A stretch of DNA of 64,000 nucleotides from Ramazzottius varieornatus. Its lineage: Eukaryota > Animalia > Tardigrada. The position numbers and the translations under genes are program-made. This document shows positions 1-11,850 of the stretch, piece by piece. Position 1 is the stretch's first letter; each line of letters begins with the position of its first letter. The stretch is taken from the NCBI GenBank assembly GCA_001949185.1, contig BDGG01000007.1, positions 1,880,730 to 1,944,729 of the forward strand. The letters are read 5' to 3'. The notes under the pieces were generated by a model, which worked only from the letters and a program-made list of their open reading frames with translations, did not search any database and was not told the DNA's origin.

Positions 1-118
1 AATATTTCCAGATCCGTAAATCATACACGATGAAAATCCATCCAGAAGTTACTGAAAAAAACAGCCGTCCGAATTATGTCCCAAAAACGGGTACGGCCGA
101 ATTATGTCGTTTACCTCG
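1..118. mobile_element. Right end of a TA-targeting MITE, same family as 34331-34670
   Basis: Ends GAATTATGTCGTTTACCTCG followed by TA, identical to the right end at 34651-34672. Left end lies outside the window. Confidence 0.7.
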
Positions 119-228
119 TACACTTGATTAACGATTAGTCCTTGATTGAAGGTAATAGATATTTTCTGTCCCCGCCACGTGACATTTGAGAACATGTCAC
201 GTGATTGGGCAGAACTATCAAGGGAATA

Positions 229-344
229 CTGTGTACTCTCCCGAAATTCACGTACGTCAGTCCATTCAGAGTGTATTTTCGTCACGGTAAGACCCCAATG
301 ATTTGAGAGTCAGTGACGTACGTGAATTTCGGGAGAGCATACAG
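229..344. mobile_element. MITE, 116 bp, pogo-related TIR
   Basis: TIR CTGTGTACTCTCCCGAAATTCACGTACGTCA with its reverse complement (2 mismatches). TA on both sides (227-228, 345-346). Confidence 0.8.
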
Positions 345-595
345 TACAGTACTGATGGTTACTGTCTAAGACCGTATCCTAATGTCCGAAAGGAGAGTGT
401 TCTTCTGTGTTTGCCAGCTGCACAAAGCTGTCGCCCCGTTTTGAGAGTCTCTTGGAGGCACCATGGATCACACTCGTTTAAACGATTCTAATGCTAGGTT
501 TGTCATAGCAAGTCGAAAGATTGGCGATTGTGGGCACGTACCACACCTTCTCGTCCACCACGCTATAGCTAGCTGTCAAGCGATAAACGGAAGTA

Positions 596-2256
596 CAGTC
601 AGCGCCATGGGTCATCGTCTGGCCAGCTTATTTTCACCATTCTTGGTGTCAGTTCCGATCCTCCGGACGGATATGCAAAATTGTTTTTTCCCCTGACTCG
701 CAAAACATCATTCTTCATGATGCATATACATTAGAACCAAAGATTCAAGTAAAACAGTAGCTTTGCTTTGGAGACCCAAAAACTGTCAGAATCGGTAATA
801 CCCATCTTCACCGTCATCGGAAATCCAAAAATCAATAACATAGTGACCACAAGTCTGCCCAACGTGAAATTTTTTCTGCATGTATTAGGATGTACGGAAC
901 GTGTTTTAACGCGTTTGGAACAGTCGATTTCTTTCTCTCAAACTTTAGCAAAAGATCGTTAGAAATGTCTCCCCAGAGATCTGAACACCCTCTTGAAATT
1001 CGAAAACTTGTGATTTACCACCATCGGAATCACGTGGGAGCCAGTGAAATAGCTCCTCGAGCATGTCTTCCAAGAAGTACAGTTCGAAGTATGATCGAAA
1101 AGTTCGAGAAGACTGGATCAGCGGAGGTGAAGCGGCGGTCGGGACCGATTCGGAAGACCACGGCTATTATTGATCGGACCATTGTGCATAAGGCGCAGAA
1201 ATTTCTGCAAGTAAGATTCAAGCAGAGATCAAGGCCCATCATTCCGTCGACATTTCAAAGACGACAAAAAGGCGCCGGATTCATGAACGAGGTATGTTTG
1301 GAAGAGTAGCTCGAAAGAAACCCTTCGTGAGCTATGCCAGCAGAATGAAGCGTTTGAAATTCGTCATGCGGTACGGGAAAAAGCCACAAACGTTTTGGGA
1401 TAACGTGCTGTGGTCGGACGAGACCAAAATCAACTTGTTCGGGTCGGACGGAATAGTGAGAGTGTGGAGAAAGCCGGGTGAGGAATGTGCGCCAAGTTGC
1501 ACGGTACCAACGGTAAAGCATGGCGGCGGTCGGCTGATATTTTGGGGATGTTTCAGCGCAAAAGGTGTGGGAAATTCGGCTGTAATCAATGGAAATATGA
1601 ATGGGCCCATGTATCGAGACATTATGGACAAGAACGTGCTACAGTCGGCGAAAAAACTGAATTTGAAGAAGGGATGGCATTACCCGCACGACAACGATCC
1701 CAAACATACTTCCTTCGTTGCCCGAGATTGGATCGTTGAAACGAAGCTTAAAGTGTTGGAGTGGGCTCCCTATTCACCGGACCTCAACCCTATCGAGCAT
1801 TTGTGGTCTGAAGTCAAGGGACAGCTGAAAGAAAGACATCCTTCGAACCTGGAAGAGCTGGAAGGAACCGTCAAGAAAATCTGGTATGGGATGGATCCGG
1901 CAATCTGCGCAAAGTTGGTCCGATCCATTCCAAACCGACTTCAGAAGGTGAAAGGAAACCGGGGCTTTCCAACGAAGTATTGAGATACCGGCGCGTAACG
2001 AGAAAGTTTTGTGAAAATAATTTTTATCGGGAGGTAATAGAAGATTTCCTAGGTGGCTAATTTTCAGAGCTATTTGGAAAAATAATATTTTTCTCTTTCC
2101 CAGTTTAGCTTTCCTGCTTTGTCTTAACATTCCTAGATGGGAAATAGTTTGAACTAACTGTACGTAAAGTTTCAAGCGATTTGAAACTCCCGTCGTTGAG
2201 CTTTACCAGAAATAGCGGAAACAAGCGGGCCTGACGATGACCCATGGCACTGAGTG
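596..2256 (+). mobile_element. Tc1-like DNA transposon (DD34E), about 1.66 kb
   Basis: Imperfect TIRs CAGTCAGCGCCATGGGTCATCGTC... and ...GACGATGACCCATGGCACTGAGTG. TA duplication at 594-595 and 2257-2258. Internal transposase present. Confidence 0.93.
965..1983 (+). pseudogene. Tc1 transposase, frameshifted between the HTH and DDE regions
   Basis: N-terminal HTH (MSPQRSEHPLEIRKLVI...KRRSGPIRKT) is in one frame. WSDETK...HDNDPKH-x-SPDLNPIE (34 residues between the second D and E) is in another. Frameshift lies around 1190-1294. Confidence 0.9.
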
Positions 2257-2287
2257 TAGCTGGCCTAACATGCGTAGCACACACACT

Positions 2288-2372
2288 AGGCTTGACTTTN
2301 NNNNNNNNNNNNNNNNNNNNNNNNNNNNNNNNNNNNNNNNNNNNNNNNNACGGATAAGATAAAGTCAAGCCT
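2288..2372. repeat. Inverted repeat flanking the 50-N assembly gap, probably a MITE
   Basis: AGGCTTGACTTT before the gap (2300-2349) and AAAGTCAAGCCT after it. Confidence 0.5.
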
Positions 2373-2373
2373 G

Positions 2374-2412
2374 TATAAAACGTTTTACCCCAAAACCTGA
2401 AAGACATTCAGT
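2374..2412 (+). promoter_or_regulatory. Putative core promoter of the ALF-like gene
   Basis: TATAAAA at 2374-2380, Inr-like CATTCAGT at 2405-2412, GATAA motifs just upstream, ATG at 2467. Confidence 0.45.
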
Positions 2413-2466
2413 GTCCACTCGCCTTTCCAGATCGGATAGTTTCGACATTTGTTCTGTCTGTGCAGC

Positions 2467-2916
2467 ATGGCCCCTAAGCTTCTCGCTGCTCTTCTGGCCG
2501 TATGTCTGTTCGGAAGCTCGTTCGCCAGGTACAACGAGGCCGCTGTCCATAACGCAGTGGCTGTACAAGAGGATGGTAGAGTTGGGGGAGACTACAGTCC
2601 AGAGATGGCAAATCCATCAAACATGGCAAGCCGAAGCTTTGCGGTGACGATCAGCACTGCCGGACTGATCCTTGGACTGGGACAAGTTTCTGGCCTCATC
2701 GGCAACACCGCCTACGGCACCGTCTGCGGACAGCCCTGCAGTTTTCGACGAGCCACCCAAATCTGCAAGTGGGAGTGGACCTACAAGACCCACCTGCGAT
2801 GCCCCACAGCCGAAACCAACGCAAACTGCAGGAGCTCCAGACAACGAGCAGACAACGACGCTTTCCAAGCCGTCGTTGACCAGCTCAAGGCCCAAGGCAA
2901 ATGCCAATCCTATTAA
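2467..2916 (+). CDS. Secreted anti-lipopolysaccharide factor (ALF)-like protein, 149 aa, intronless
   Basis: Signal peptide MAPKLLAALLAVCLFGSSFA, acidic pro-segment, hydrophobic helix, C-x20-C-P loop CSFRRATQICKWEWTYKTHLRCP, then RSSRQRADNDAFQAVVDQLKAQG. Collinear with horseshoe crab/shrimp ALF as recalled. Confidence 0.78.
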   Translation: MAPKLLAALLAVCLFGSSFARYNEAAVHNAVAVQEDGRVGGDYSPEMANPSNMASRSFAVTISTAGLILGLGQVSGLIGNTAYGTVCGQPCSFRRATQICKWEWTYKTHLRCPTAETNANCRSSRQRADNDAFQAVVDQLKAQGKCQSY

Positions 2917-3054
2917 CAATCTTTCCTTTTACAAAGTCAAAGTCTTCCTTTCAACCTGCTTTTAGCTCAAGTGATTTTTAAGTGATTTCTAAAATGTGTC
3001 TAATTTTACCGTTGCATTCACAGAGTTGGAATGGCTCATAATAATTTAAAGTAT

Positions 3055-3258
3055 ACTAACGATGAGAAATTATGGGACAGTAAAAAGGATGGCACAGGCC
3101 TTTTCGATACGGCGGTACGGAAGCACGCACGCGACCGATTCACAGTAACACACTTTTCGACACTTTTCGACACTTTTCTACGGCCGGATTTAGCATGTTG
3201 CCGTCTTCTGCGCCTGTCCCATAATTTTTACTGTACTATAATTTCCTATTGTACGTGT
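3055..3258. mobile_element. Degenerate MITE (CACG-type family)
   Basis: Inverted AAATTATGGGACAG / CTGTCCCATAATTT. Similar ends at ~29455-29486 and 40394-40598. Confidence 0.5.
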
Positions 3259-6200
3259 GGGATGAGTGTCTTACCGACAAATGGCCGAGAGTTCCTTTTG
3301 CCGTGACGGACAGGCGAAGTGACAGAAAGTTGGCGCTAGGAGCCGTCACTCGCAACACCAAATCCGTTTGATACGTCTGTACCGCATACGGCTTGAAGGT
3401 AAAGGTAAAGTCCAGACTGTCATGGCTGATGAGAAGTCCACTAGAGGGCGACACTTGCAGGTACCGTCCGACCGTATCGAGGACGTACCACTTGTACCTC
3501 AAAGGGAACGCCGAACCACTAGATAGCTCAAACGGTAGCTGCGACGTCAAATTCAGAAAGGTGTCGGGAAAGATCAAGGTGTCGGCCATAGTGACGCGTA
3601 TCTCCGAGTCGTCGAAAGCGCGAAACTGGACGGGGAATGTGGCATCACTGTCTTCGTTATCGTTCAGTACGAGGGACAGCTCCTTCGATATGAGGGCCTT
3701 CGGCCGGCATGACGAAAGGTAGGCTACGATGAGGCGATGGTCACCGGGCTCCATGACGCCGAAACGAGGAGAAATGAACAGCGACCTGCAAGATGCCATC
3801 GATGTAAATCATGCTTTTGACCTCAGCTCAGACCAGAGTACAATAATTGCACAGAAAACCCGGCTATACTTTTCTGCATCCTTTTCCAAACGGTACATGA
3901 CAGTGTTGGCCGTTGGGTTTGTCACCACAAACGTGGCGAACGATCGACCATTTGCTCCAAACTGGCGGAAGGTGATAGGAGGCTTGATGTCGATGTAGTG
4001 CAGGGAGGGACGCAGATCCCTCCGTGCATTGAAGGTGGCACAGTGACCTACCAACGGCCAATTGTTCGATAACTGTGAGGTTCATTTCCTCCGGGTGTCC
4101 GCTTACCTGATAGGGACAGGTTGAGACAAAATGGGGGGATGACTTGGAACTCTTCCACAAGCTGGAAGCTGGACAGGAATTCGTACATCAGGTGGCAGGT
4201 CGCTTGCCATTGGAAGAATAGATTGCTGCTGTCCTAGAAAGCATTAGGCGTTGATTAACGGCACTTGAGAACGCTGGCGTGAAATATTTCATACTGGTGA
4301 GAACGTGACGGTAAACCCTACTGCTCCTCGCGGTGGCAAAAGCGTGCTGGCGGGCTCGACACGGAAGATAGCATTCTGCTGGGTTGTCCAGTTGACGATC
4401 AATGGCTCGTTTGCTTGGCTGGTCATTTTGACAGTCTGAAAGAAACAGTTACCGCAAAACGTATCAACGGCAAAGGTCTAGAAGTCATTTCATATATGAA
4501 AGCTCAATGTCGACATTTGCATGGTTGGTCTCGGTGATGCCACTTACTCTTGTCAGGCTGCATTCGGCAGAGACGTAACCGAAGAGAAGTTCATCTTTGT
4601 CAAGCGTCACTGGCCTTTCAATACACTACAGTCAAAGTTGGTTTTGGCCAAACTTGGCCGGTACTTCTGTTTTTTTACAACGCACTTGAGGCAAATGACT
4701 AACCTGGGTGACTGCGTCTTGCTGTGGAGAAAACCAAGCTTGATACGGTAACGTTTCGGCCTCGAATCGTTCCACCTGACCGTTTTCGTCTGTTTTCACA
4801 GAAGCTCCGGCAGCTTGTTCAGGACCTCGAACAACTCTCTCCAGGATGTGGTTGGTGTGAACGCGAAGAATTCCACACTCCACTTGGTCCTTCAGCATCT
4901 GTTGGTGTTAAAATTAGCACACTGACGGTGATTTGTCAATTGTGGTGCTATCAATAAACATCGTCGAAAAGCCAAATGATCTAGGGTGTCAGTCAATCCG
5001 AACCTGCCTTTTTCGTTTTAACCGCACTGGTTCTTGGCATCATGCAGCCAGAAAACGTTACACCAGCTGCTGATTTTCACCCAGGTCAATTTGGAAGTTC
5101 GCACACAAAAGCCAGATCAATGAAGAAAAAGGAGCTAGTTACCCGTGGTCCCATGCTAATCAGCTCTTTCATCTCCTGCTTGCTAAAGGTCTCCAAATGA
5201 CAGGGTTCAAGCAAAGGGGGCTGAACTAGACTGGAGTGACACGTTCCAATGACGTCGATGGATATAACGCCCTCGTTGTGAACTAAACATCGGAGCAGCC
5301 GCCGATACAACACCGGCCATAGCGGATGAAAGTGGACAGTGACCAACACCGATTGTCCTGCAGCAATGTTACCACCCAGTGGCTCCACTTGAAAGACATC
5401 CGTAGAGCCGGCCCAATCAAACTGGAAGAAGGTGGAACTCAGTCCCTGGTTGTCCAACTTGAAATGAAGCGAAGAAGATTGGTGGAGAAAGACTAGGCCA
5501 AAGTTCAGCAAGTCCACCGATGCGCTGACCGATGATGACTCGACCTGGCCGACACAGCGAATGGTCATTGAGGCATCTTGTATTTCCGAGGAGAAGATAA
5601 AGTTCTCGACCAGTCCGGTGTCACCGTTGGTGGAGTCATCTGGACGAAAAGCAATCTACAAACAGCACGAAGACCATATTATAGCGCCAAATTTTGCGCG
5701 ACTTTTCAAAGCTGAATGATATTACCTTTGTTTTTCCACAATTTTTACACAACAGTATTGTAGCTGGAGTTTGTCATATTTCTATGGTCTGTCAAGTTTT
5801 CACATAAAAAAACAGTCTGTAGTATTCTTGTTACGTCATCTTGTTCACTGGGCACAAACAGTACACGCACGAAGGGAAAGTTTGGAACAGTACACGCGCC
5901 TGGCCTAAATGTGGGTATGGAGCGAAAGCGGCACTGGCCAGTTGAGGTTGACCAATCAATTAAATCAATCGAAGCACAGTCGCTTTCGCTCCGTTCCCCA
6001 CATTTTTGTCCATCCCCACATTTAGGCCAGGCGCGTGTACAAAGTTTGGAACAGGCGGAAAAGACGGCAACTTGAGAATTCAACCGTAGAAAGTTGCCAG
6101 AAAGTGCATTGTTGCGAATTGCACACGTACGTACGAACTTCCGTTCCGCTGGTCCGCAATCGCTTGTTCCAAACTTTTTACTGTTCCGAACTTTCCCTTC

Positions 6201-7487
6201 GCGCGTGTACAGAGTTAAACCGAGTCCTTACCGGTATCTCGGTCCATGTTTGGCCCTTGAGGGTTCCCGAAGTGCTTCCCACAGGTTGAAATGCGTGTTC
6301 CATCCCCACGTCCGCCCACTGACACTGCAATGGTCCATTAGCGCCTTGGCCATAAAGTTTTCGTTGGAACAAAAACGGTACATTGACGGCCAGCGTGTTA
6401 AATACAGCGAATGAGCGGACAGCAGTCTGCTTCTTGGCAATGACACCAAAGTCGAGGTCGATGCGATTGCTCGGCCCAGGAGATGGCTGGTAAAGGAGGT
6501 ATACAGCACATCGGCCCCATCCGCGCAGCTCAATGGACAGAGACTTGGGTAGGGAGTCGGGGTCGTCGTCTTCGCAGACCGCCACCGCCCTCCGTTGGTA
6601 TTCGGCCACGTTCTGTCAATTCAAAAAATACAATTACCAGACTCAGCTGGAAAACGTCATGAAGTATCTTACGAAATTTGTGCAGTTTTGTCAAGTTTAC
6701 CGACGGGTGAAAAGTGACTTCGATGGCGAGAGCCCGTCCCGGGTCCACTCTTCCTTGGGCAGGAGACAATGTAAAGGGCGCCTCCATGCTCCATTTAAAC
6801 CGAAGAGACAGCTCTCTGCATAGACAATTACGGGTGTATTGGGTGCTGCAGTACTTTCCCTTACGTAAAGAAATAAGGCAAGGGTACGAGACTTTACCCA
6901 CAGTTAATAATCTGGAAATGCTTGTGCATGGTCATGCCGCAGGGTCTCTCCTGGAAGTCGACCACTTGCTCGCTCAGCCGTACAGCCAGGCGCGGAAGGT
7001 CAGCTCGTAGAGATACAGTCACAACGGTATCTTGGACGAAGAAAAGCATAACGTCCTCATACAACTTCTTCTTCGTCGGTTCGAAGGTCACCGCCACGCG
7101 GAAGGCATTTCCGGTGAAGAGGTCGATCCTCTTGGGGAACGATGTTTTAAATTCAGGAGTAGCCGGACATCTGTTAGCAGGCCAGTGCAGAGAATAATTA
7201 GCATGTGCATTCAAGTCAAAAGAGGGTGTGATCAATTGACCTTCGGTAGTAACTCACGTGTAGGTTACGCTAATGGGATCAGTGCCGACATTCTTCAAGA
7301 GGATATTGCGGCTGGTGCTCTGACCGGGCAGCCAGTTATGGAAGGTTAACTCCTTCGTCATCATCAAGCCTTCCGCTGTGGTTATTGTGTGCATTTTCGC
7401 AGCCTTCCGTTTGTCGGCCTCAGCTTTCTGGCGACATAACGCGACAGGATCGTTCCTGCACGACAAGTGATTGACATTGTTAAACAT
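3236..7487 (-). CDS. CFAP65: Cilia- and flagella-associated protein 65 (CCDC108)-like, multi-exon, apparently N-terminal half only; boundaries approximate
   Basis: Successive Ig-like ASH/MSP exons in the expected order: ELTFHNWLPGQSTSRNILLKN; VTFEPTKKKLYED; FKWSMEAPFTLSPAQGRVDPG; LDFGVIAK...NTLAVNVPF; RLLRCLVHNEGVISIDVIGTCHS; LQVSPSSGLL...FTFTFKP. Confidence 0.85.
5864..6207. mobile_element. MITE in a CFAP65 intron (outer element)
   Basis: About 47-bp TIR CACGC(A/G)CGAAGGGAAAGTT(T/C)GGAACAGTA(C/A)AAAGTTTGGAACA once the inner insertion is removed. TA flanks at 5862-63 and 6208-09. Confidence 0.85.
5893..6037. mobile_element. 145-bp MITE nested in the left TIR of the outer MITE
   Basis: Perfect TIR CACGCGCCTGGCCTAAATGTGGG / CCCACATTTAGGCCAGGCGCGTG. 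TA duplicated at 5891-92 and 6038-39. Confidence 0.88.
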
Positions 7488-8076
7488 GATAAGCCACGGC
7501 TCACCACAAGATCACTTCTGTCAACACAGAAATGAGGGGCAGATAAACGGAGTGCTAACAGCTACGATCGCACTGACAAGGCAGCAGTTATTCTCATTCA
7601 AAGTTAAGATGATGACATGGGTCTAATCACGTATGACGTGTGTGCCACCGTTACCATGTCACCCTAGCCATTTATAATTCGTTCGGTGATGAAAGTCTTT
7701 TAGCCGGCTTTAACGTCTCGACACGACCCATGGCGCGCCGTATTGGCACCATACTCTCAACGCAACCATAACAGCGAGCGCCGACAAAAAACTTCGCTTT
7801 GCCTCGACTGCTTAACATACTGTTCAAAAGCAAGAACACCCAGAAGAAACCGTATCACTGATCGCCGAAATGGACGGGTTGCCCCTAATCGGACCAGGTG
7901 TGGCTACTCAGTAGACGGCTTAGCTTAAACAACACGGCAAATCTTTTCTTCTTTCTTTTCCTTAAATCAACTGGATTATACTGATTACAGCCATGCACAA
8001 AACGCGAGCCAATTTGCAAAAGCATAAAGAGGCCCGGTAGTACCAGACCCCAAAACAATAAAACTATTCAAATCAG

Positions 8077-8250
8077 CTAAACATCTCGGTTATTGACATC
8101 GACAATAGAATAGATCTCCTCCAAACCTCTATGACTAGAAAAGGTTCCGAAAACAGAGGCAGCGTTACCACGTTGAATATCTATACTAAGTTTTTTCTTC
8201 AAAAACGAGAGAGATCTTGTTTCGCCGGTAGCTTCTGCTTTTCTTTTGCC
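8077..8250 (-). mobile_element. 3' fragment of a CRE/RLE-type non-LTR retrotransposon
   Basis: ATGETRSLSFLKKKLSIDIQRGNAASVFGT matches the conserved C-terminal FL.QRLS.AIQRGNAAS..GT motif. The element is 5'-truncated. Confidence 0.75.
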
Positions 8251-8917
8251 AAATGAAACGGGGGTCCACATGACCCGGAAGAAAAGTTGAACTAGACATG
8301 AATGTTTAAATTATCCGTTTTATACAGGCAAATATCTGTACACGCGGCTGGCCTGATTATTGGCCTGGACAAAATTTCTGGCCAGACGGGCTGGCGGCAG
8401 TTTAACGCAGAGATTGTTATGTCGTAGCAGAAACTAGCCCTGTGATGTCAACAAGGAACATTTCGCAGTGCAGTATGCGGAATACAGTGTCATTCCAGAT
8501 TTCGTTTCTTGTTTCGTACTTCTTTTCCCATCTTGAGGAAGGTTAGCCTGGAATATGCCGGAAGGCCTTAAGAGCAAGAGACAGCGAAAGTATTCGGAGG
8601 GTAGCCTGAAGGAGGCAAATCGTGCGGTTGCCTTCATAAGTTGGTGGATTACCTAATTTAAAGCCTTTCCGGCGAGAAAGTTCAAGTTTTTAACGTCGAT
8701 TTACCATCAGAGCTGCATTTGGCAAGCAAAATAACCAATCATATAGAAAGAAATCAGATCTACGATGATTAAGAAGATCTCTGCGAACGTTTCGTTGTTC
8801 GTGTAGGTAAAGCGGTAATGTGTGGTGAAACTAGTTCTGTTTCAGCCGCAAGCAAATACAGCTGGCAGAGCCGGTGATTTGGAAATCAGTGGCCAGAAGT
8901 TGTGTCCAGGCGAATAA

Positions 8918-9452
8918 TTAGGGCAGCCGTGTGTACACTTTAGCGCCACGAAATGCCAAGTTACGCGACTGGCGACGACCATCGTTAGCGTGTCCGAAAC
9001 AGGAAACGGGATGCATGTAGCAGGGTAGCAAGGTCCTGCTGTGTGGATGAGGGGAAATGACTTCTTGGGTGGCAGTTGCTGGCATAGTAGGTGTTTCGGC
9101 CTGATCCACAACGTCACTGTCGGTCGGCTCATCTGTCGTAGTGTTAGCCGGTGTTTTTTTCAGAGCCCACTTAACCCATGGCGGCATACCCATTCGCTTC
9201 AATACTCGCCCCTGACACAAATAAATCGCTCATTTGTAATGATGTATCCTGGTGGTGGTTACACTCGAATTTATGTACAGTAGTGCAAGTGTACAGTACC
9301 TGTTGGATGGAGTTGTCCCAATGGCGGAAAACTTGCTCCGGATGATGGGCTTCAACGGCATTTTCGGAACAACGTACTTCATGGAAGGCAAAGCCTGCCA
9401 GCAAAATGGAACTGCTAAGGAGGATTAATGTGGAATGTGGGCAAACAGCCAT
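8918..9452 (-). CDS. Allatostatin-C-family neuropeptide precursor, 148 aa; exons 9452-9300 and 9211-8918
   Basis: Signal peptide, phase-0 GT-AG intron joining IQQ to GRVLKR, C-x6-C-F core CYMHPVSCF (compare AstC CYFNPISCF), and basic sites KR, KK and GRR. Confidence 0.75.
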
Positions 9453-10179
9453 AACTGGTCAGGTCGCCAGGTAAGTTATCCACCGAGCAGGGACGTCGAC
9501 AGATCCAGAACCGGTGCGTGGCATACAAGACAACATCACATGCTTTTGAAATGAGATACTTCGCTCCTTAGTGTTTGAATTGGAGAATCAAGCTGGTGTT
9601 CCTGTGTGCCGTAACCCGAGTTCTTATATCACTTCTGAATCATGACACAAACATTCGGCTGCTGGGCGTCAACACAAAACAGCAATGAATATTACAGTAA
9701 TCTGTCAGAACAAAGTGTAGCCATTGATTTGTGTGTTACTGGAAAAAAGTACTCTTGATTGGGCTGACCTCTGGCGGCTGATGAGGTAGGTGTGTCTCCC
9801 GTTCGCGGAAGGTCATTTCTTACACCAAAACATGCATTTTAGTCCAGATCACTGATGGTGTAATCTTTGCAGAACCCCGCCGTTATCCTCGTTGGACTTG
9901 CAGTTCCAATGTTGTGACACCAAAGTTCCGGACATGCTCCGCGAGAAAGCAACTGATCACGAACGTACGTCGTTAGTTCGTCCTCTGCATTTTGTTTAGA
10001 GGCGTGACGACATTCAGATGTAAGTCAAAAAAGCAACAAACAGAAAGAAAAATTAAGCAGATCACTTGTTTAATGTGAGAAAACGCATCATGCGTGCTGG
10101 CCTTGCTTTATAGGAGAGGTGAAAATGAGTTCTGTTTATATCTGATAATATGCAGTATGCATTGTAGGCCTGATAGATT

Positions 10180-11831
10180 GTGAGTCACATTAGACTGTCC
10201 CGTACAGCTCATTCGGCATTGGCGGACAATGAAACTCGAACTAATCAATCTGAGGCAACCATTGAAGATGGGTTTCCATACAGCAGGCGCTATAGACATG
10301 AATGTCTTCGTCGCTGCTGCTGGTCTCTGCTAGGGTACCTGCTCAAAAAATCGTCTGAGCTCAATGCCGTCCATGAATATTATTTTGACCAGGCATGTGA
10401 CTAACTGATGTATATCGTCTGCTCACATTTCCGGTGGTGCAGAATGCCGATTAGTTATTGGGCCATATCCACAATCTACAGAAGATTCGACGATGCACGG
10501 AAAAAAAGAAGGAGAGTTCGAGAGTGTGACATCCAACGAATCGCTCTACAGGTATCCGAAGAAAGGGGTACAAAGACTTTAAACCCATGAGGGGCTGGCT
10601 TTACAGGTACCAGAAACGACACAGCATAGTGCAGCGGTCTCCAACACGCGTAGGGAGGAAATTCAGCATGACCGACGAAGACATTGTAAGCTTATGTTTT
10701 GAGACCAAATAGTGAATATACCGTGACGTCAAGAATAAATAACAGCAGGCTGTTTACCGTCCTCATTTCTTTCTATCTATGGCGTGAAGTCTTGTGTCTG
10801 CGAATTGCCTATTGTAATCTTAGTAAAACGAGGCTCAGTTTCTGGATATGGTCGAAGAAATCGTAACCTTGAACAATAAATACCCCGCCCTGCAAAATGA
10901 TCAACTTCGACGAAATCTCCGTGAAGCTCCAGAATTCTCCCAAGATTATTTCGCCGAAGGGAGTAAAATATGTGACCGTGATCGATCCGAATGCACCGAA
11001 AGAAAATTTCACAGTGGCCCTGGCCATTGCCGCGGATATAAATTTCCGGCCGTGGTGTTTTTCAAGACTGGCAAGCTATTCTGGAAAAGCTTGATATTCC
11101 CGTAAAAGGTGGTTTTCAGTACAAGTACGGCTTTTTCTTTGTTTTCCTTCAAACAGCGTTTCCAGTCGAAAACCAATTCGACTGTAATATTAGGTTATCG
11201 TGTAATTGCAGCTTCGGGTTGGTGGCAGTCCAGCTTAGATATCCAGTGGATTGAGTCCACGTTTGACGAGAAAGAAAAAGGTAGTTACCTTTTTCGAGAC
11301 CACGCACCCGCGCACCTAAGTTACGAGAGTCAAGCTTTGCTGGAGAAGAAAGGAATGGAGCAAATTTTTATTCCTAAAGGGCTGACGGGCAGGTACCAGC
11401 CTCTTGATTTTGGACTTAACTATCCGTTTAAGTGTTACCTAAAGAAATCCTACCACGAGTGGAGGGACAAGTGCACGGAAATCACCAAGAAAGGGTACTT
11501 GAAGAAGCCATCACGCCAAGAGTTTCTCTACTTCGTGTCCGAAGCATGGTCTAAAATCAAAACGTCCACTGTTGAAAACTCTTTTGTCGCCGCAAGTATC
11601 TTGCCTTAGTCACTCTACATGCTAGCTGACGAGAATGTTGAGGATCTGGACTGCACCTTTGAATGTAGTTTCACTTTTGTAGAAGACAACTAACCTGCTG
11701 CGCTGAATATTTCCAGCGGTAGCTGAGTGTATGGCGGATTGTTGATTCGACAGAGTGTGAAAAACTGATGCCCGGCGGGTGAAGTTTACGTGTACGATCA
11801 CGTGAGTCGCCAAGTCCATGAAGCATTACAG
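10180..11831 (+). mobile_element. Decayed pogo-like transposon (CENP-B-type HTH plus DD35D); left end not located
   Basis: DFKPMRGWLYRYQKRHSIVQRSPT at ~10575-10650, NFDE, KENFTVALAIAAD, and RDHAPAH...QPLD with 35 residues between the Asps. Several frameshifts. Right TIR ...GAAGCATTACAG ends at 11831. Confidence 0.88.
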
Positions 11832-11850
11832 TGCACTTCCTTTTGCTGTA

